Origin: Blastocystis sp. ATCC 50177/Nand II
Taxonomy: Eukaryota
NCBI GenBank assembly: GCA_039096935.1
Contig: JBBPEE010000035.1
Span: 806,001-870,000 of the forward strand
Length of the DNA stretch: 64,000 nt
Direction of reading: 5' to 3'
Notes under the pieces: generated by a model
Seen by the model: the letters and a program-made list of their open reading frames with translations, nothing else
Databases searched by the model: none
What the model was told of the DNA's origin: nothing
In this document: piece by piece, positions 1 through 12,811 of the stretch
Layout of the letters: each line of letters begins with the position of its first letter
Position numbering within the stretch: the stretch's first letter is position 1
Made by a program: the position numbers and the translations under genes

Positions 1-422
1 GGACGAGATGATGTCGAAATTGCCGATCTGGTCGTTCTCCTTAATGAAGCCGGGTATGAAGAGAGGACCATTATAGCTATCTACTGACAAAATATGGAAA
101 TCAGACGTCATCTATGCAATGAGAATCAGCAAAAGGCCGAAAACGGCCATATTTGAGGCAGTCTATCTCCCTGAATAGCAATCCATTCGGAAACGCAAAA
201 TGCATTATGACATATGTAGATTGAGTTACATCTGTCGGTACGGACCAAATTGCCAAAACGCGCGATTTGCGCTGATGATTGTGCCAAACTAGCTTATCTG
301 AGCTTAATACGATGCGTATGATCATACTATTCTTCAATATGTTCATTACTACTGGCTCCCTCTTCATATCCGGCTTCATTAAGGAGAACGACCAGATCGG
401 CAATTTCGACATCATCTCGTCC
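1..422. repeat. Inverted repeat, arms 1-63 and 360-422 (1 mismatch), ~296-bp spacer; left arm cut by the window edge
   Basis: ggacgagatgatgtcgaaattgccg...tgaagag at 1-63 is the reverse complement of ctcttcatatccgg...catcatctcgtcc at 360-422. Confidence 0.9.
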
Positions 423-1357
423 AAAGTGGTGAGATGGATCTAGGATCTTCTATCTATCTTATCTATACCCTTGAAACTGTTGAATTGCCAGTTTTGGCGA
501 AGAAGTAACCACCCTTCGTCACGAAATGAGAGTTGAAAGAGGGCTCGAATAATGGAAGGAAAAAGTTTGGGGAAATCTTGTCACTTCAAAATAGTCTATG
601 AAAGTGGCTAGTGGGGATTTCGGGCATGTATGTAGCTCTAAAAATAGATAAAATCGAGTTCTATCTATGTGTAGAAAAGCAAGTTGGTTGCACTTGTATG
701 GAGGGAGAAAAAGGGTCAGGGACAGATATATCGAAACACCCTATATATGATCATGGTAACACTGATAGGTCACAGCTCTTCCAAAGTGTAAATAACTCTC
801 TCGACAATGAAGATAATCAACATGGGCATACGAAAGCCAATCATTAAAAACGCTTGAAGTGATTCGTCTCTGCTACATCTATCTTGTAGGAGATACCCTT
901 TCACAAGTAAACTGTAAGTGTCTATTCATCTGTATTGTGATAGGGTCATGTAAACACCAATCTTAGTGCATGAGTGCTTGCGCCCTCCTCTCTCGAGTAA
1001 AAGGCACGCTTGAGTAGAAACGCCCTTGTCGCGCTGAGTAACCTCGGGCTGCTGCCTAAAGGAATACTGCCTTTGCACAGCGAGTACCCCGTGGGCCTGC
1101 CGCCGGTTCCACAGTCCTGCCCCTCCAGTGTGTGCAGTCCTGCCTACTGCCCGACCCACAGCAGATCGTACGGCATGAGTACCATTCCCTCCCGTCTGCC
1201 ATAGTGCGGTTCGTGGTCTCGCCCCAAGCCAAGACCAACAGGCATCCCAAACAACACCATTTCTGGTGTTTCCTATGACTGCCTTTGACGCCTCAAGCGA
1301 GAAACCCCTCGGGACACCCAATGACCACGAAGAACACGCTATCCCCGCTGTTCTTGG

Positions 1358-1920
1358 TCTGGCGATCATCCACAAGGAGTACTTGAACGGGGAGTGTGAG
1401 GAGGCAGTGAGAGAGGTGGTACGTGCATCTGCACGATCTGCTGAGCGGGCGCATCACACTGGAGGGCTTCCTATTGTAGGTGTTGGTGGGCGGGTTCAGC
1501 TACGCGGATGTGCTGGAGTCAGTTAGCAACAGAACAGCAACGATCCTGTTCAATACGGAGCTGAAGGCGCAGTTCGAGGCGTTCTACGCGCGGCCGGACA
1601 CCTTCTCGCTGGCATTGCTGGGCATCTGCAACGGGTGCCAGCTGATGGCGCAGCTGAACTTCGTGCCGTGGAAGGGCATCGAGGAGGCGAAGCAGCCGCG
1701 CTTCATCCAGAACAAGTCAGGCCGCTTCGAGTCGCGCTTTGTGAACGTGCACGTGGAGAAGTCGAACGCCATCACGCTGCAGGGTATGGAGGGCTCCACG
1801 CTGGGCGTGTGGGTGGCGCACGGTGAGGGTCTCTGCCTCTTTACAACCACTGTGAAGGAGAAAGCGATGCTCCAGAACTGTGTGGCGCTGAAGAACGCGA
1901 ATAACGGCAATGTAACAATG
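1358..1920 (+). pseudogene. PFAS: Fragment of FGAM synthase (PurL/PFAS) glutamine amidotransferase domain
   Basis: Motifs LAIIHKEYLNGECE, HDLLSGRITLEGF, GGFSYADVL, LGICNGCQLM, SGRFESRFV, VAHGEG; in-frame TAG at 1477-1479; N-terminal domains and C-terminus absent. Confidence 0.85.
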
Positions 1921-2399
1921 GACTGGTTAACTCGTCTGATGTGGTCCTCGTTATGGTTGCTCTTCCCAAGGACATCACCTCCCTGTCCACGCAAGCTATG
2001 CTGTCCACCTACCCCTTCGTTTTCTCCCTCTATTGCAGCACCTCCAAGAGGGAATCGCTAGCTATAATGAATGCGTCGATGAAACAGAGTGCCTGTGATG
2101 AGCTTCCTCTCCTTATTTCAATAGACACAGAAAACGGACGTGAATGCATTCAAGCGATTCTACTGCAGTCCTGCGAATACAAACTCCTGTCCTGCTATGA
2201 ATACCCATCCCATCATAGGGCAGAGTCTAATCTGTCCCCAGAACATCCACGATGATGTATACAATGACTGCCTGCTTGAAGAAAGACGAACAATATGCAA
2301 AGCAATCTGAACCGCATAAAAAGAAGAGCTCATTCTGACAGCCAATGCCTAGAGATGAGTAAGATAATGTTGGGTGACTTCCTTTGATTCTAATGAAAT

Positions 2400-4688
2400 C
2401 TCTGTAAAAGAAGGCGCGAGGCAGATGAATTGTGAGAGAAGGCACCTCTAGGCTTGAGGAATGCCGCCCTAGATTCACTCTCGAGAGTGATATGACGAGG
2501 ATTGCGGAGTGTATCACCTTTTTGCGCATTCGTAGTTAGCGATGCAAGTTTTGGCAAGTCTATTCATCAGTTCATTTCACTATCATCACTTCGCATGATC
2601 AATTCACTCGATTCCTCATCATCATTGAAACACAATGCACTCTCACCAAATCGAATGGAAGTCAATTCAAGCAAGTCTACCCATCATTCTCCTTTCCTCC
2701 ATTCACTCTCAAACACTGCACGAGAACACTGATAGAATGAGTAGCAGCCAAATGGAAGTGATTTCAATCGGGGTAAGTCTATTCATCATTTCATCCCCTT
2801 CACTCTTCAATTCCAATGAACCATACTCGAAATTGAGACTCTCTTCATCCAATTCTCCCATTTCGATCACTTCCAAGGAAGGCACATTCTCAATCTCACA
2901 CACATCATAATCAGAGAAGGAATAACGACCCATCTTCAATTCTCTCAACCTCTCACAGTTCTTCAAAGCGAAAGCACGGTTTGCATCATAACTCCAATCA
3001 TTCTTATGCTTCGTGAAACACCTCTCTCCAATCGATTCAATCCAATCAGTCTCACATCATCAACACACTCAAAGCACTTGTCTCCTACCTCAAGCAATCG
3101 CAATTTGGGCATGAAGGACAAATCCAATATTCTCCATTCCCTTCCCTTTCATCCATTCTCCATCACGACCAATTCTTCAATGTGATTATGAAGAAGTAGC
3201 TTCTCTCCATTCAGTATGACTCGTCTAACCATCTTAGTCTCGTTATTCATCCACTCTCCATCAAACACAATGTTGCCTTTTCGATCATAGTGAGTCCCTT
3301 GTCCCCAGCGCCTTCCATCATAAATCTCTCCTTCGTATTCCACCCTCTGGATGTCAGGATAGTAGCTTCTGCCATAGCACACATTCACCTCTTTGAGTCG
3401 GAAGCCCTCATACACCTTCTCTCCATCTGCGTTAAACAACACACCCCAACCATACGGTTTCTCATCAAGCACATCGCCTTCCCATCTCTCTCCATCGTCA
3501 TTCAAATCCAGTACTTGAGCATGCTCAATTCCACTCACCTCCTCTCCATTCACTCGCAACAACTCATGAGCGTTAACATTCACCTCAATCACCCCTTCTC
3601 TACTCAATTCAAAGAGCACGGAAGCAGACTCCTTCACTATTCCTTCATAATACCAACACAATCCGTTGTGTCTGAACGGGGTAACGTAGGCATGCTCATT
3701 CTCATCCCCGATACAGTCGGCAATCACTTTCTGGATCCTCAGTCCTTTCACCAACTCCTGGAGTGGCGTAGAGTAACCATCTTGTTGAATCCTTCGTATG
3801 GACTCTCTCACAAATGGGTGCTACGCCTTAAACCATTTCCCAATCACTCACCTCCATCAATTGCTTCACACTCCATCTTTTATTCACATCCTTCACCAAG
3901 CACTTCTCAACGAAACCAACATACTCTGCAGACCATATCTCGCTGGAAAGAGAAGGGCTCGTTTTGGCAAACCCGGTATTGCACTGCTGTCCTGCAAACA
4001 GCATCTTCGTAAGGATTCCTTCCTGCAGCCAATCCAATCAGTGTAATGCCAAGGGACCACACATCACTCTTCCATTCCCTCTGTCCATCGAATACCTCGG
4101 GTGCTGCATGGCATAACGTCGATCCATTCTCCTTTGAATACAATGAAATGGGTAGACCATAATCACCCAGTTTCACCACTCCATCCTCACCAAAGGGCAG
4201 ATTCGACGCTTTGATGTTCTATGCACTAAGACTATTAGCGTTCAACGACACCATGGATGATGCATTGAGAATGAAGGAAATCGAGACCTAAAAGACAGCA
4301 ACTCGCAATTTCACGCAATGCAACTTCATTCAATCCATTATTCATATTCATGTATTCTTTCAATGATCCCAATTCACAATTCTCCATTACAATCTATTCC
4401 ATTACACAATAGCTGATTTCATACCCTATATTCCTTTTCATCTTCACGGCACTTTACATATCTCACCAAATAGGGAGAATCAAATGTTTCCAGCCTTTGG
4501 AGTGAAGATCGAAATGCAGCATTCCACTTACTCTTCTTTATCACTTTCATCACTACTATTCTATTACTATTCCCTTCCAATGCTTTATAGGTTGCAACTC
4601 CTTCTCTATGTGTCATTGTCTCATCTTGCCGAAGCAGCTCTCTAACAGTTTGGATTATGCTATAGTCATCGGAAGATGACGACTGCAT
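2400..4688 (-). pseudogene. Pseudokinase-MORN-LRR family paralogue A, disrupted
   Basis: Kinase-like N-terminus (IIHG|NIKASN, KLGDYG, APE, SDVWSLG), MORN repeats (WEGDVLDEKPYGWG, YEGEIYDGRRWGQG), LRR exons; frameshift near 3960, TGA at 3149, small deletion near 3030. Confidence 0.8.
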
Positions 4689-7600
4689 TGTTTCTGAATA
4701 GAAGTGAGTGGGATTCTGATCGTTGTTGTTGGACGAGTATTAAATAGAATGAAGTGGGATTGTTCAAATGGAATGGTAGTAACGTGAACAAGGGATGAGT
4801 GTTGATTGGAGCTTCCTATTGTCACCCCTAGTTGGCAATGAATGACTTGTCCTCAATATCATATAGAATGGAATGACATCATGGATATCCACTTCATTCT
4901 TCAGTGTTGTGTTATCTCTACGGGAATGAAGTGTATTTGTGATTATATGAGTGTGGTTATGGATTCTTTGCCTTTCTAAGAGGAAGAATGTTGGCATACG
5001 AAGATGAAGTGGGGAAGAGTTCCTAGCCGTTTCAATGGAATGATGATGTTGTGATATTTCTGAATTGCATTAGTAGGAGTGGAATAAACGAGTGTAGTGA
5101 TAATTCCTGCTGTGTGCTTGCTTTTGATGAAAGAAGAGTGAATATTGATTGAGATTGTTCTCGATTGCATATTGGCATCTCTGCTACGGCTAAGTCTCTC
5201 TGTCCTTCTTGCAAATCGCAACAACAACGGGAAAGTGAAGGAGCTGATTATGTAGTACTGCTGGATTATATTCCGAACCATATGACTGCGCATACTCTCT
5301 TCTCTGATGATCACCTTCTGTTCTATGGTATAGGAGATGGATTGCATGGAAATGAACTGCTACGATGCATTCCATTTTGAATATTGCTTCGTTTGTCATG
5401 AAGTACCTGCATTGGCTGCATTTCCTTCCATTCTTCTCATTATTGTCTTTATCTACCTCCTTCCATTCAATCCCCACTCTATTCATCTTTCTCTCCTGTC
5501 ACTGCTGCTGATTGCAGTCTCTTCTTGCCATTCCAGTTTCCTCTGAAGCCCTCAACGTCTATGCGTACCATAGCCCCATCCGTTGTGCATTTGAAGTGAT
5601 TGTTGGCAACATCGTGCTGATCTTGGAGTTACACTTCCTCAACGCCAGTGAAAACAGCGTGATGCCTTCATTGACTTCCATGAGCACAGTAAACAACAAT
5701 ACCCGGCATGAAGTATGTCCTATCACCATGCCGCTCACCTCCGCCTCGGACATCAAGTCATGGACTGCGAGAAGCCCCACGGCTTCAGCGCCACACTCCC
5801 ACGCGCTGAACAGACCTCGTGAGGATCAACCCTCTCCTGTGTGACCTCCACCGGTCCGATCGCCTCTCCCAGCGCCTTCATCCTCCAACCCGTCTCGAAC
5901 GCCAGCACGGGGTGCACGAGACGACGCACCGCACGAGAACAGCGTGCACGGGGTGTTCAGCCCCTGCCGCCTGCAGACGAGGATGTCGGCACGGGTGTAA
6001 CTACGCTCTCCCACCTGCTTCGTGGCGCCCTCCACCCACCCGAGGGACATCCACGCCAGCAGCAAGTTCACCGACGGTCTGACGCTCGATGCGACCCGTG
6101 CGTGGTGAGCGGCAAGGCGACGACGCACATGCTGTCTGCGACGTGACCTCACCGGCTCGTTCCGTCTGGAGCCTGCGACGATTCTTGCTGCCGTCGTGGA
6201 GTCCTTCTCTGCCCCTGAAAGTGGCGACGGAGCAGGGGCTGTGTGTGGAGGCAGCTCGGGCAGGGGAGTCAGGACGGGAGCAGTCGCCAAGTGCGTGAGT
6301 GCCTGTGAGTGCCTGTGCGGGTCTGGCTTCTCGCGCCTGTGCGTGAACGGATGGGCGGTGAGTGTCTGTGTCCTTCGACGGGAACCCCGTGGGCCGCATC
6401 CCGAACCCTTCAACCGTGACGTGGTGGCTTCTTCCTGACGTGTTGGCGAGGGTCGGGTCATCGCGCCATTCACGACGATCCCTCTGGCGTGGCTGCGGGT
6501 GCATTCGCTCCTCCCTCGCGGCAGTGCCGACTTGCAGCGCATCGCGGTCTGTTCGGCGCCCTCCAGTGGGCGGACTCCATCGCCCCTGCGGTCGCGAGGC
6601 GCTGCTAACAGCACTCACGACAAGGCGATTCTCCTGGCGAACGACGGGTTCTGCACTCGCTTCGCCGTGCCTGCTGAGCCTCCGCTTCTGTCGCCAACCA
6701 GAGCGTGGCGCGGTCCTCCAGCGTCAGCAGCGTGTGCCACACTGTTTCCTGCAGTGCGATGAGCCTTCTCTCCATCGAGCGCATCACGACTGCTGCAGGA
6801 AGGAACAGCCCGAAGCGCCGTGTCGCCTGACCGAGCGAGGGGCGTGTGGCGCTGCAGACCGTGCCGATGCGCTGCTGCGATGGTCTGCTGATCCTGAAGG
6901 GCGTGGACCGGCATGAGAAGGTGAACGAGGCGTCACTCAATCGCTGTGTGTAAAAGCAAGATCTGCATGGATGAAGTGGATATGACGATGCTGGATGTGG
7001 AAAATGTGCATCATTCCGCAGGGCATTCGTGTTGTTCTGTGCGTGGGTGCGATTCAACAGCGATCCGTTCAATGCGTGCAGTGACGAGGCGATCTTGGGG
7101 CGTGGTGAAGATTGGCAGTGTGGAGAACATGCTGGAGAGACGAAGAGAAGATGATGGTGAACAAACGGCAGATGATGTGCGTGATTGGGTTGGTGTGCAA
7201 GGAGTGGATTAGAGTTGTTTTTGACATCAGAATAACTGCTATTGTTTGTTGACAAAACGAAGTCAAGTAATGAAGAATCAGAATACCCTTTCCAGTACAG
7301 CAATAATGAGTGATATAGTACGTATAGGTGATTACGAGTTGTTGGAGATGCAGAATGAAGGGTATGAACAAGAATCAAAGCAATGAAGCATAGAGAGTTT
7401 TTTGACGCATACAAAGCACGCAATCGAACTACAAATGAGATTGTATTGATGACAAGAGTGAAGAATGGACTGGATGTGGAGGGAATCGAATCACGCTTTA
7501 CACAATTGAAAAAACGCAGCAATGAACATCATGTGAGGTATATAGATGCTGTGAAACAGGATGACGAGTTGTGGGTAGTGATTCCGTTTCTAGGTAACTG

Positions 7601-8272
7601 AATAGATTGTGATGGAGAACAATGATTGCTACTCTCTCACACAATTCTTGGAGCATAAGGATTACATGACTATAGAGCAATTGCGTGAAATCGCTCGTGG
7701 TTGTTTATTGGGATTGAAGTATCTTCATAAGAGAGGCATCATGCATGGAGTAAGCATTCTGAAGTGGTAATGAAAGAATAGGACGTGAGACCAGTGAATC
7801 TGTTCCTGACTGAAGATGGTGTGTTGAAACTGGGTTACTACGGACTAACAACCCAAGCAGAGTGCTATTCCATTAAGGAGGCGGATTGTGAAGGAGTTCG
7901 TAGTTTTGCTCCTGAGGTGTTTAGAGGAGAGTATGGAATGAAGAGTGATGTGTGGTCTCTTGGCATTGCTTTGATTGAAATGATGGGAATGAGACCATAC
8001 GATGGGTATGGGGGTCTCTGGATGCGTATGGAAATCCGTGATTGTACACTACCATTCAAAGAAGAGGACATCGAATCAGAAGAATTGATTGATTTCCTGA
8101 AGAAGTGCTTTCTGAAGAAAGAAGAAAGATGGAGTGTGAATGCGTTGCTGAATGTGAGTATGTTGTGTGGGAGAATGATGAGTAGCATCCATTTGTGAAG
8201 GAGTGTGAAGAAGAAGTGTTGACTCCGTTTATGAAGATCCTTAAGAATCAAGAGTATTGTGAATGGATAGTA

Positions 8273-9994
8273 AAGTAGTGGCACAAACCCCTGAAATGGC
8301 ACAAACCCCGGAACGACCTCTTAGTTCTTTTTCACCAATTTTCATGTGGATAGGTATTAGTGTAAGAAACATGTTTATTCAATCAAATGTTCTAGAATCT
8401 TCCAGAATCTTCCAAAACGAATAACAGAAATCATTACCTTTTTGGCCAATCTTCATTATTTCTTTGAGATGAACCGCGTGTTTGCAAGGAGTGAAGTGAG
8501 GAATCAAACCTCACCCAGAAAGAAGTTCAGCGCCATCAAACGGCTGAGCGGCGATGTGAATTGCGATGATGTCGATTCCAATCAACTTCTTCAGAAGAAA
8601 CTGAAACTCTCCAAATCATCCTACTATAGTGCAGTGAATGCGATGAAAGAGGGGAGGGAGGTTGGGCGCAACGGGAGACCACCCTATCTTCGAGATGTGG
8701 AAAAGGTCGAATTTTGGGACTGGGTGGAGTGCAAGTCCCATGAGGGTAATTGTGCAACTATGAAGGAGATGCGCGAGTATGTTACGGACATTGTCCGGGC
8801 CAAACGCCCCGCCGTTTTGCATAACCGGAGATTGGTGTCCAGAGGGTACATTCGCAAAATCTTGGGGGAGGGGGGGCTTTTGCTGGATAAGTGTTGCAAT
8901 TCCTATACTACTAAGAAACTACTATCCATTGATGAGGCGAGCGAGTTCTTCGCTCTCGTGGGTAAGGTTCTGAAAGAGTACGGAATTACACCTGATCTTG
9001 TTTTCAATTTTGACGAATCGTGGATCTCGCCCCAGGACAAGGCGCCGCGCTGTAAAGTAGCTCATGCCCGTGGGGATATCCCTACCAAGAAGCAGGGCAA
9101 TCCGAGAGAGCACTATACTCTGGTAGGCTGTATCTCGGGGGCGGGTCTGGCATTACCCGAGTATTACATTATCCCTCCCAGAAAGCGCCTCGCGCCGATT
9201 CTGGAGAAGATTCATTTGGATAATAACTACATTGCCCAGTCCGCGAAGGGTTGGATGAGCAATGAGAGCTTAGCTCGGTGGATGCGCGATCTGCTGATTC
9301 CCGCGGTAAATCAGATCAGAGGCAACAACAAGGATAGACATGCCCTGATAATAGCAGATGCGCACGCAAGTCGGTATGACAAGGCTGTGGAGCGAGCTTT
9401 AAGAAGTGAAAACATCCATATGGTCATCCTGCCTGCGAAGACCACTGCTCTCCTCCAACCCCTGGACGTGGGGATCTATAGTCCCTATAAGACCCACCTC
9501 AAGGAGTACTGCAAGAGCAACGGGATAGAAGCCGTGCTCGATGCTTCTAGAAACGCCTTTTCGGATGCCTTCACAAGAAGCAACATCCTGCAGGCCTGGA
9601 AGCGAACGACACTGCTTTCTGATGACCACTCCTCCATCCTAGCTCAGCTGCCGGAGAAGAACGAAGAACGCCGCAATTGCCGGAAATCGCGATTGACGGG
9701 AGTGAAGCTGTTCTGAGCCTGGCCAAATTCGGTGTGATAGTGTTTTGTTGTAAACACAAAGAAAATGCAAAAGGGTTTGAAGAAATAGGCCTTGTGGGGG
9801 AGAAATGACGAAAGATACGGTCGACCAATGAGATTTGAGGACCGTTTTTCTCCAGATTCTTCCATAGGAGCTCTTGACTATCTATGGCTTAACCCTAATA
9901 ACTCTTCATGTACTATCCATTGGGCAGGGTAGTGGGCGTTTCGCCGGTGGTCGTTCCGGGGTTTGTGCCATTTCAGGGGTTTGTGCCACTACTT
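8273..9994 (+). mobile_element. pogo/Fot1-like (Tc1/mariner superfamily) DNA transposon copy 1, 1722 bp
   Basis: 46-bp TIR aagtagtggcacaaacccctgaaatggcacaaaccccggaacgacc at both ends; TA duplication at 8271-8272 and 9995-9996; internal transposase. Confidence 0.95.
8469..9716 (+). CDS. pogo-type DD35D transposase, intronless (first ATG 8469)
   Basis: FNFDESW, IIADAHASR, LQPLDVG triad with 35 residues between D2 and D3; GRPP and helical CENP-B-like N-terminus; KGWM motif. Confidence 0.92.
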   Translation: MNRVFARSEVRNQTSPRKKFSAIKRLSGDVNCDDVDSNQLLQKKLKLSKSSYYSAVNAMKEGREVGRNGRPPYLRDVEKVEFWDWVECKSHEGNCATMKEMREYVTDIVRAKRPAVLHNRRLVSRGYIRKILGEGGLLLDKCCNSYTTKKLLSIDEASEFFALVGKVLKEYGITPDLVFNFDESWISPQDKAPRCKVAHARGDIPTKKQGNPREHYTLVGCISGAGLALPEYYIIPPRKRLAPILEKIHLDNNYIAQSAKGWMSNESLARWMRDLLIPAVNQIRGNNKDRHALIIADAHASRYDKAVERALRSENIHMVILPAKTTALLQPLDVGIYSPYKTHLKEYCKSNGIEAVLDASRNAFSDAFTRSNILQAWKRTTLLSDDHSSILAQLPEKNEERRNCRKSRLTGVKLF

Positions 9995-12811
9995 TAAAGA
10001 CTGATGGGAAGGATGCTTATCTAATGATGTGTAAGAATGACATGTACTGGTATGAAGGGCTGATTGAGAGTGCCTCTTCGATGGTAGAGGAATTGTGTTT
10101 GGATGGAGTAATTGAAGTGGATGTTGACTCGCATGCGTTGTTGCACGTGAATGGAAAGGATGTGAATGCAGTTGAACACAATCGGGTGCTGGATTTGAGT
10201 GATGATGGAGAGCGATGGGAAGGCAATGTACTTGACAACAAACCCTGTGGTTGGGGCGTGTTGTATGACAGTGAGAACAGAATGGTGTATGAGGGATTCC
10301 GAATTGGAGATGTGAATGTGTGCTATGGAAGAAGTTACTATCCCGAGAATCAGAAGGTGGAGTATGAAGGAGAGATATACGAAGGAATGCGGTGGGGACG
10401 AGGCACTCATTATGATCGGAATGGAAGCATCGTGTTTGAAGGAGAATGGATGAATAATGAACCGTTAAGCAAGAGAGTAGTGGTGAATGAAGAGAGTCAA
10501 CTCCTTCACAGTCACATTGAAGAGTTGATCGTGAGTAGCAACAGTTGTAATGGAAGGGAATGGAGTGTGCTGGATTTGTCTTTCATGTCCCATTTGCGAC
10601 TGCTTGAAGTGGGTGATGAGTGCTTTGATAATGTGGAAGAAGTGAAGTTGATTGGATTGAAACAATTGGAGAGAGTGGTGATTGGAGAGAAGTGCTTTAC
10701 GAAGAAAAAGAATAGGTGTCCCAGTTATGATGCAAGTCGTCATTTCTATTTGAAGAATTGTGAGAGAGTGAGAGAATTGAAGATGGGTTGTGGTTCCTTC
10801 TATGATTATTCCGTATGTGAGATTGAGAATGTGCCTTCTTTGGAAGTGATTGAAATGGGAGAATTGAATCTATGGAGTGGCAATTACTATTATGCTTCAT
10901 TGGAATTGAAGAGTGATTCTGATAGAATGGAATGATGAATAGACTTGCCCAGTTTGAAATCACTTCTGTTTGGTGATAGTGCATTCCATGATTGTTCTCG
11001 TGCCGTGTTTGAGAGTGAATGGTTTGAAGAGGGAATAATGACTAGATTTGCCCGAATTGACTTCCATTCGACTTGGTGATGATGCATTACGCTTCACTGA
11101 ATATGATGAATCGAGTGAATTGATCATGCGAAGTGATTATGATGAAATGGAATGATGAATAGACTTGCCTAAACTCATAACACTCACTATTGATGAAAGG
11201 AGTGAAACATTCGAGAATCCTCGTTACATCACTCTGGAGGGTACTTCTTATCACTCTATCCTCACAAACAGACATGCCCTCTCTCACCACTGTCACTCTC
11301 CCTCGTGCATTTGAATGCAGAAATCAATTGTCCTACAAGAGTAATCACAATCAGAGAGAGTGATGAATAGATGTTGGTGAATTCGTCAATCATCCTGCCT
11401 TTCTTCGCAATCCCCATGCGAACGTTCATTCTGTTGACGAACTGAGGGCAACGAGTCAAAATGTGGAAGTGATGATAGTGGATCACAATGCATGCAATGA
11501 TAAGTGTTATTATCAGTTGGATTTGTCATCCCTCACGAATCTGAAGGTGTTTGAAGTGGGTGATTATTCCTTTGCCTTTGTGGATGAAGTGAAGTTGATT
11601 GGATTGAATCGATTGGAGAGAGTGGTGATTGGAGAGAAGTGCTTCACGAAGCATAAGGACCGTTATTATGGTGATGATCTAGATCGTCATTTCTATTTGA
11701 AGAATTGTGAGAGACTGAGAGAACTGAAGATTGGCTATTATTCCTTCTCTGACTATTTCGTGTGTGAGATTGAGAATGTGCCTTCTTTGGAAGTGATTGA
11801 AATGGGAGAATTGGATGAATTGAGTTTCATTTTCATGTATGCTTCATTGGAGTTGAAGAGTGATTCTGAAAGAATGAAATGATGATTAGACTTGCCCAGT
11901 TTGAAATCACTCCTGTTTGGCAATTGGACTTTTGAGAAATGCTCTCGTGCCGTGTTTGAGAGTGATTGGACTTAAAAGAGAATGATGAATAGACTTGCCC
12001 AGTTTGAAATCACTTCTATTTGGTGATAGTGCATTCCATGATTGTTCTCGTGCCGTGTTTGAGGGTGAATAGCTTGAAGAGAGAATGATGACTAGACTTA
12101 CCTGAATTGACTTCCATTCGATTTGGTGATAGTGCATTCAGTTTTGACGCAAAGGATGACTCAAGTGAATTGATCATGCGAAGTGGTTATGATGAAGAGA
12201 AGTGATGAATAGATTTGCCTAAACTCACATCCCTCACTACTGTTAAACATGGTGAATGTGGCAGTTACACATTCTGTTGTCCTCATTCCATTACTCTGGA
12301 GGGTACTTCATATCACTCTATTCTCACAAACAGACATGCCCTCTCTCACCACTATCACTCTCCCTAGTGCATTTGAGTACAGAAATCAACTGTCCTACAA
12401 GAGTAATCACGACCAGAGAGAGTGATGAATAGATGTTGGTGAGTTGATCAATCATCCTGCCTTTCTTCGCAATCCCCATGCGAACGTTCATTCTGTTGAC
12501 GAACTGAGGGCAATGAGTCAAAATGTGGAAGTGATGATTGTGGATCACAATGCATGCAATGATAAGTGTTATTATCAGTTGGATTTGTCATTCTTCTCAA
12601 ACCTCAAGGTGTTTGAAGTGGGTGATTATTCCTTTGCTTTTGTGGAAGAAGTGAAGTTGATTGGATTGAGTCAGCTGGAGAGGGTGGTGATTGGAAAGAA
12701 TAGTTTCACGAAACAGAACAATAGTGATGATGATCCAAATCGTCGTTTCTATTTGAAGAATTGTAAGCGATTGAGAGAATTGAAGATTGACGGTTATTCC
12801 TTCTCTGACTA

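Noticed and set aside
5800..7250. GC-rich overlapping ORFs, possibly a decayed LRR-family relative
   Set aside because: Only faint hints (HCFLQCDE, CCRKE) and a TGTTTGTT at 7243; no coherent frame
9874..10935. 353-aa ORF as an independent gene
   Set aside because: Begins at TTG inside the pogo end; it is the interrupted MORN exon of paralogue B
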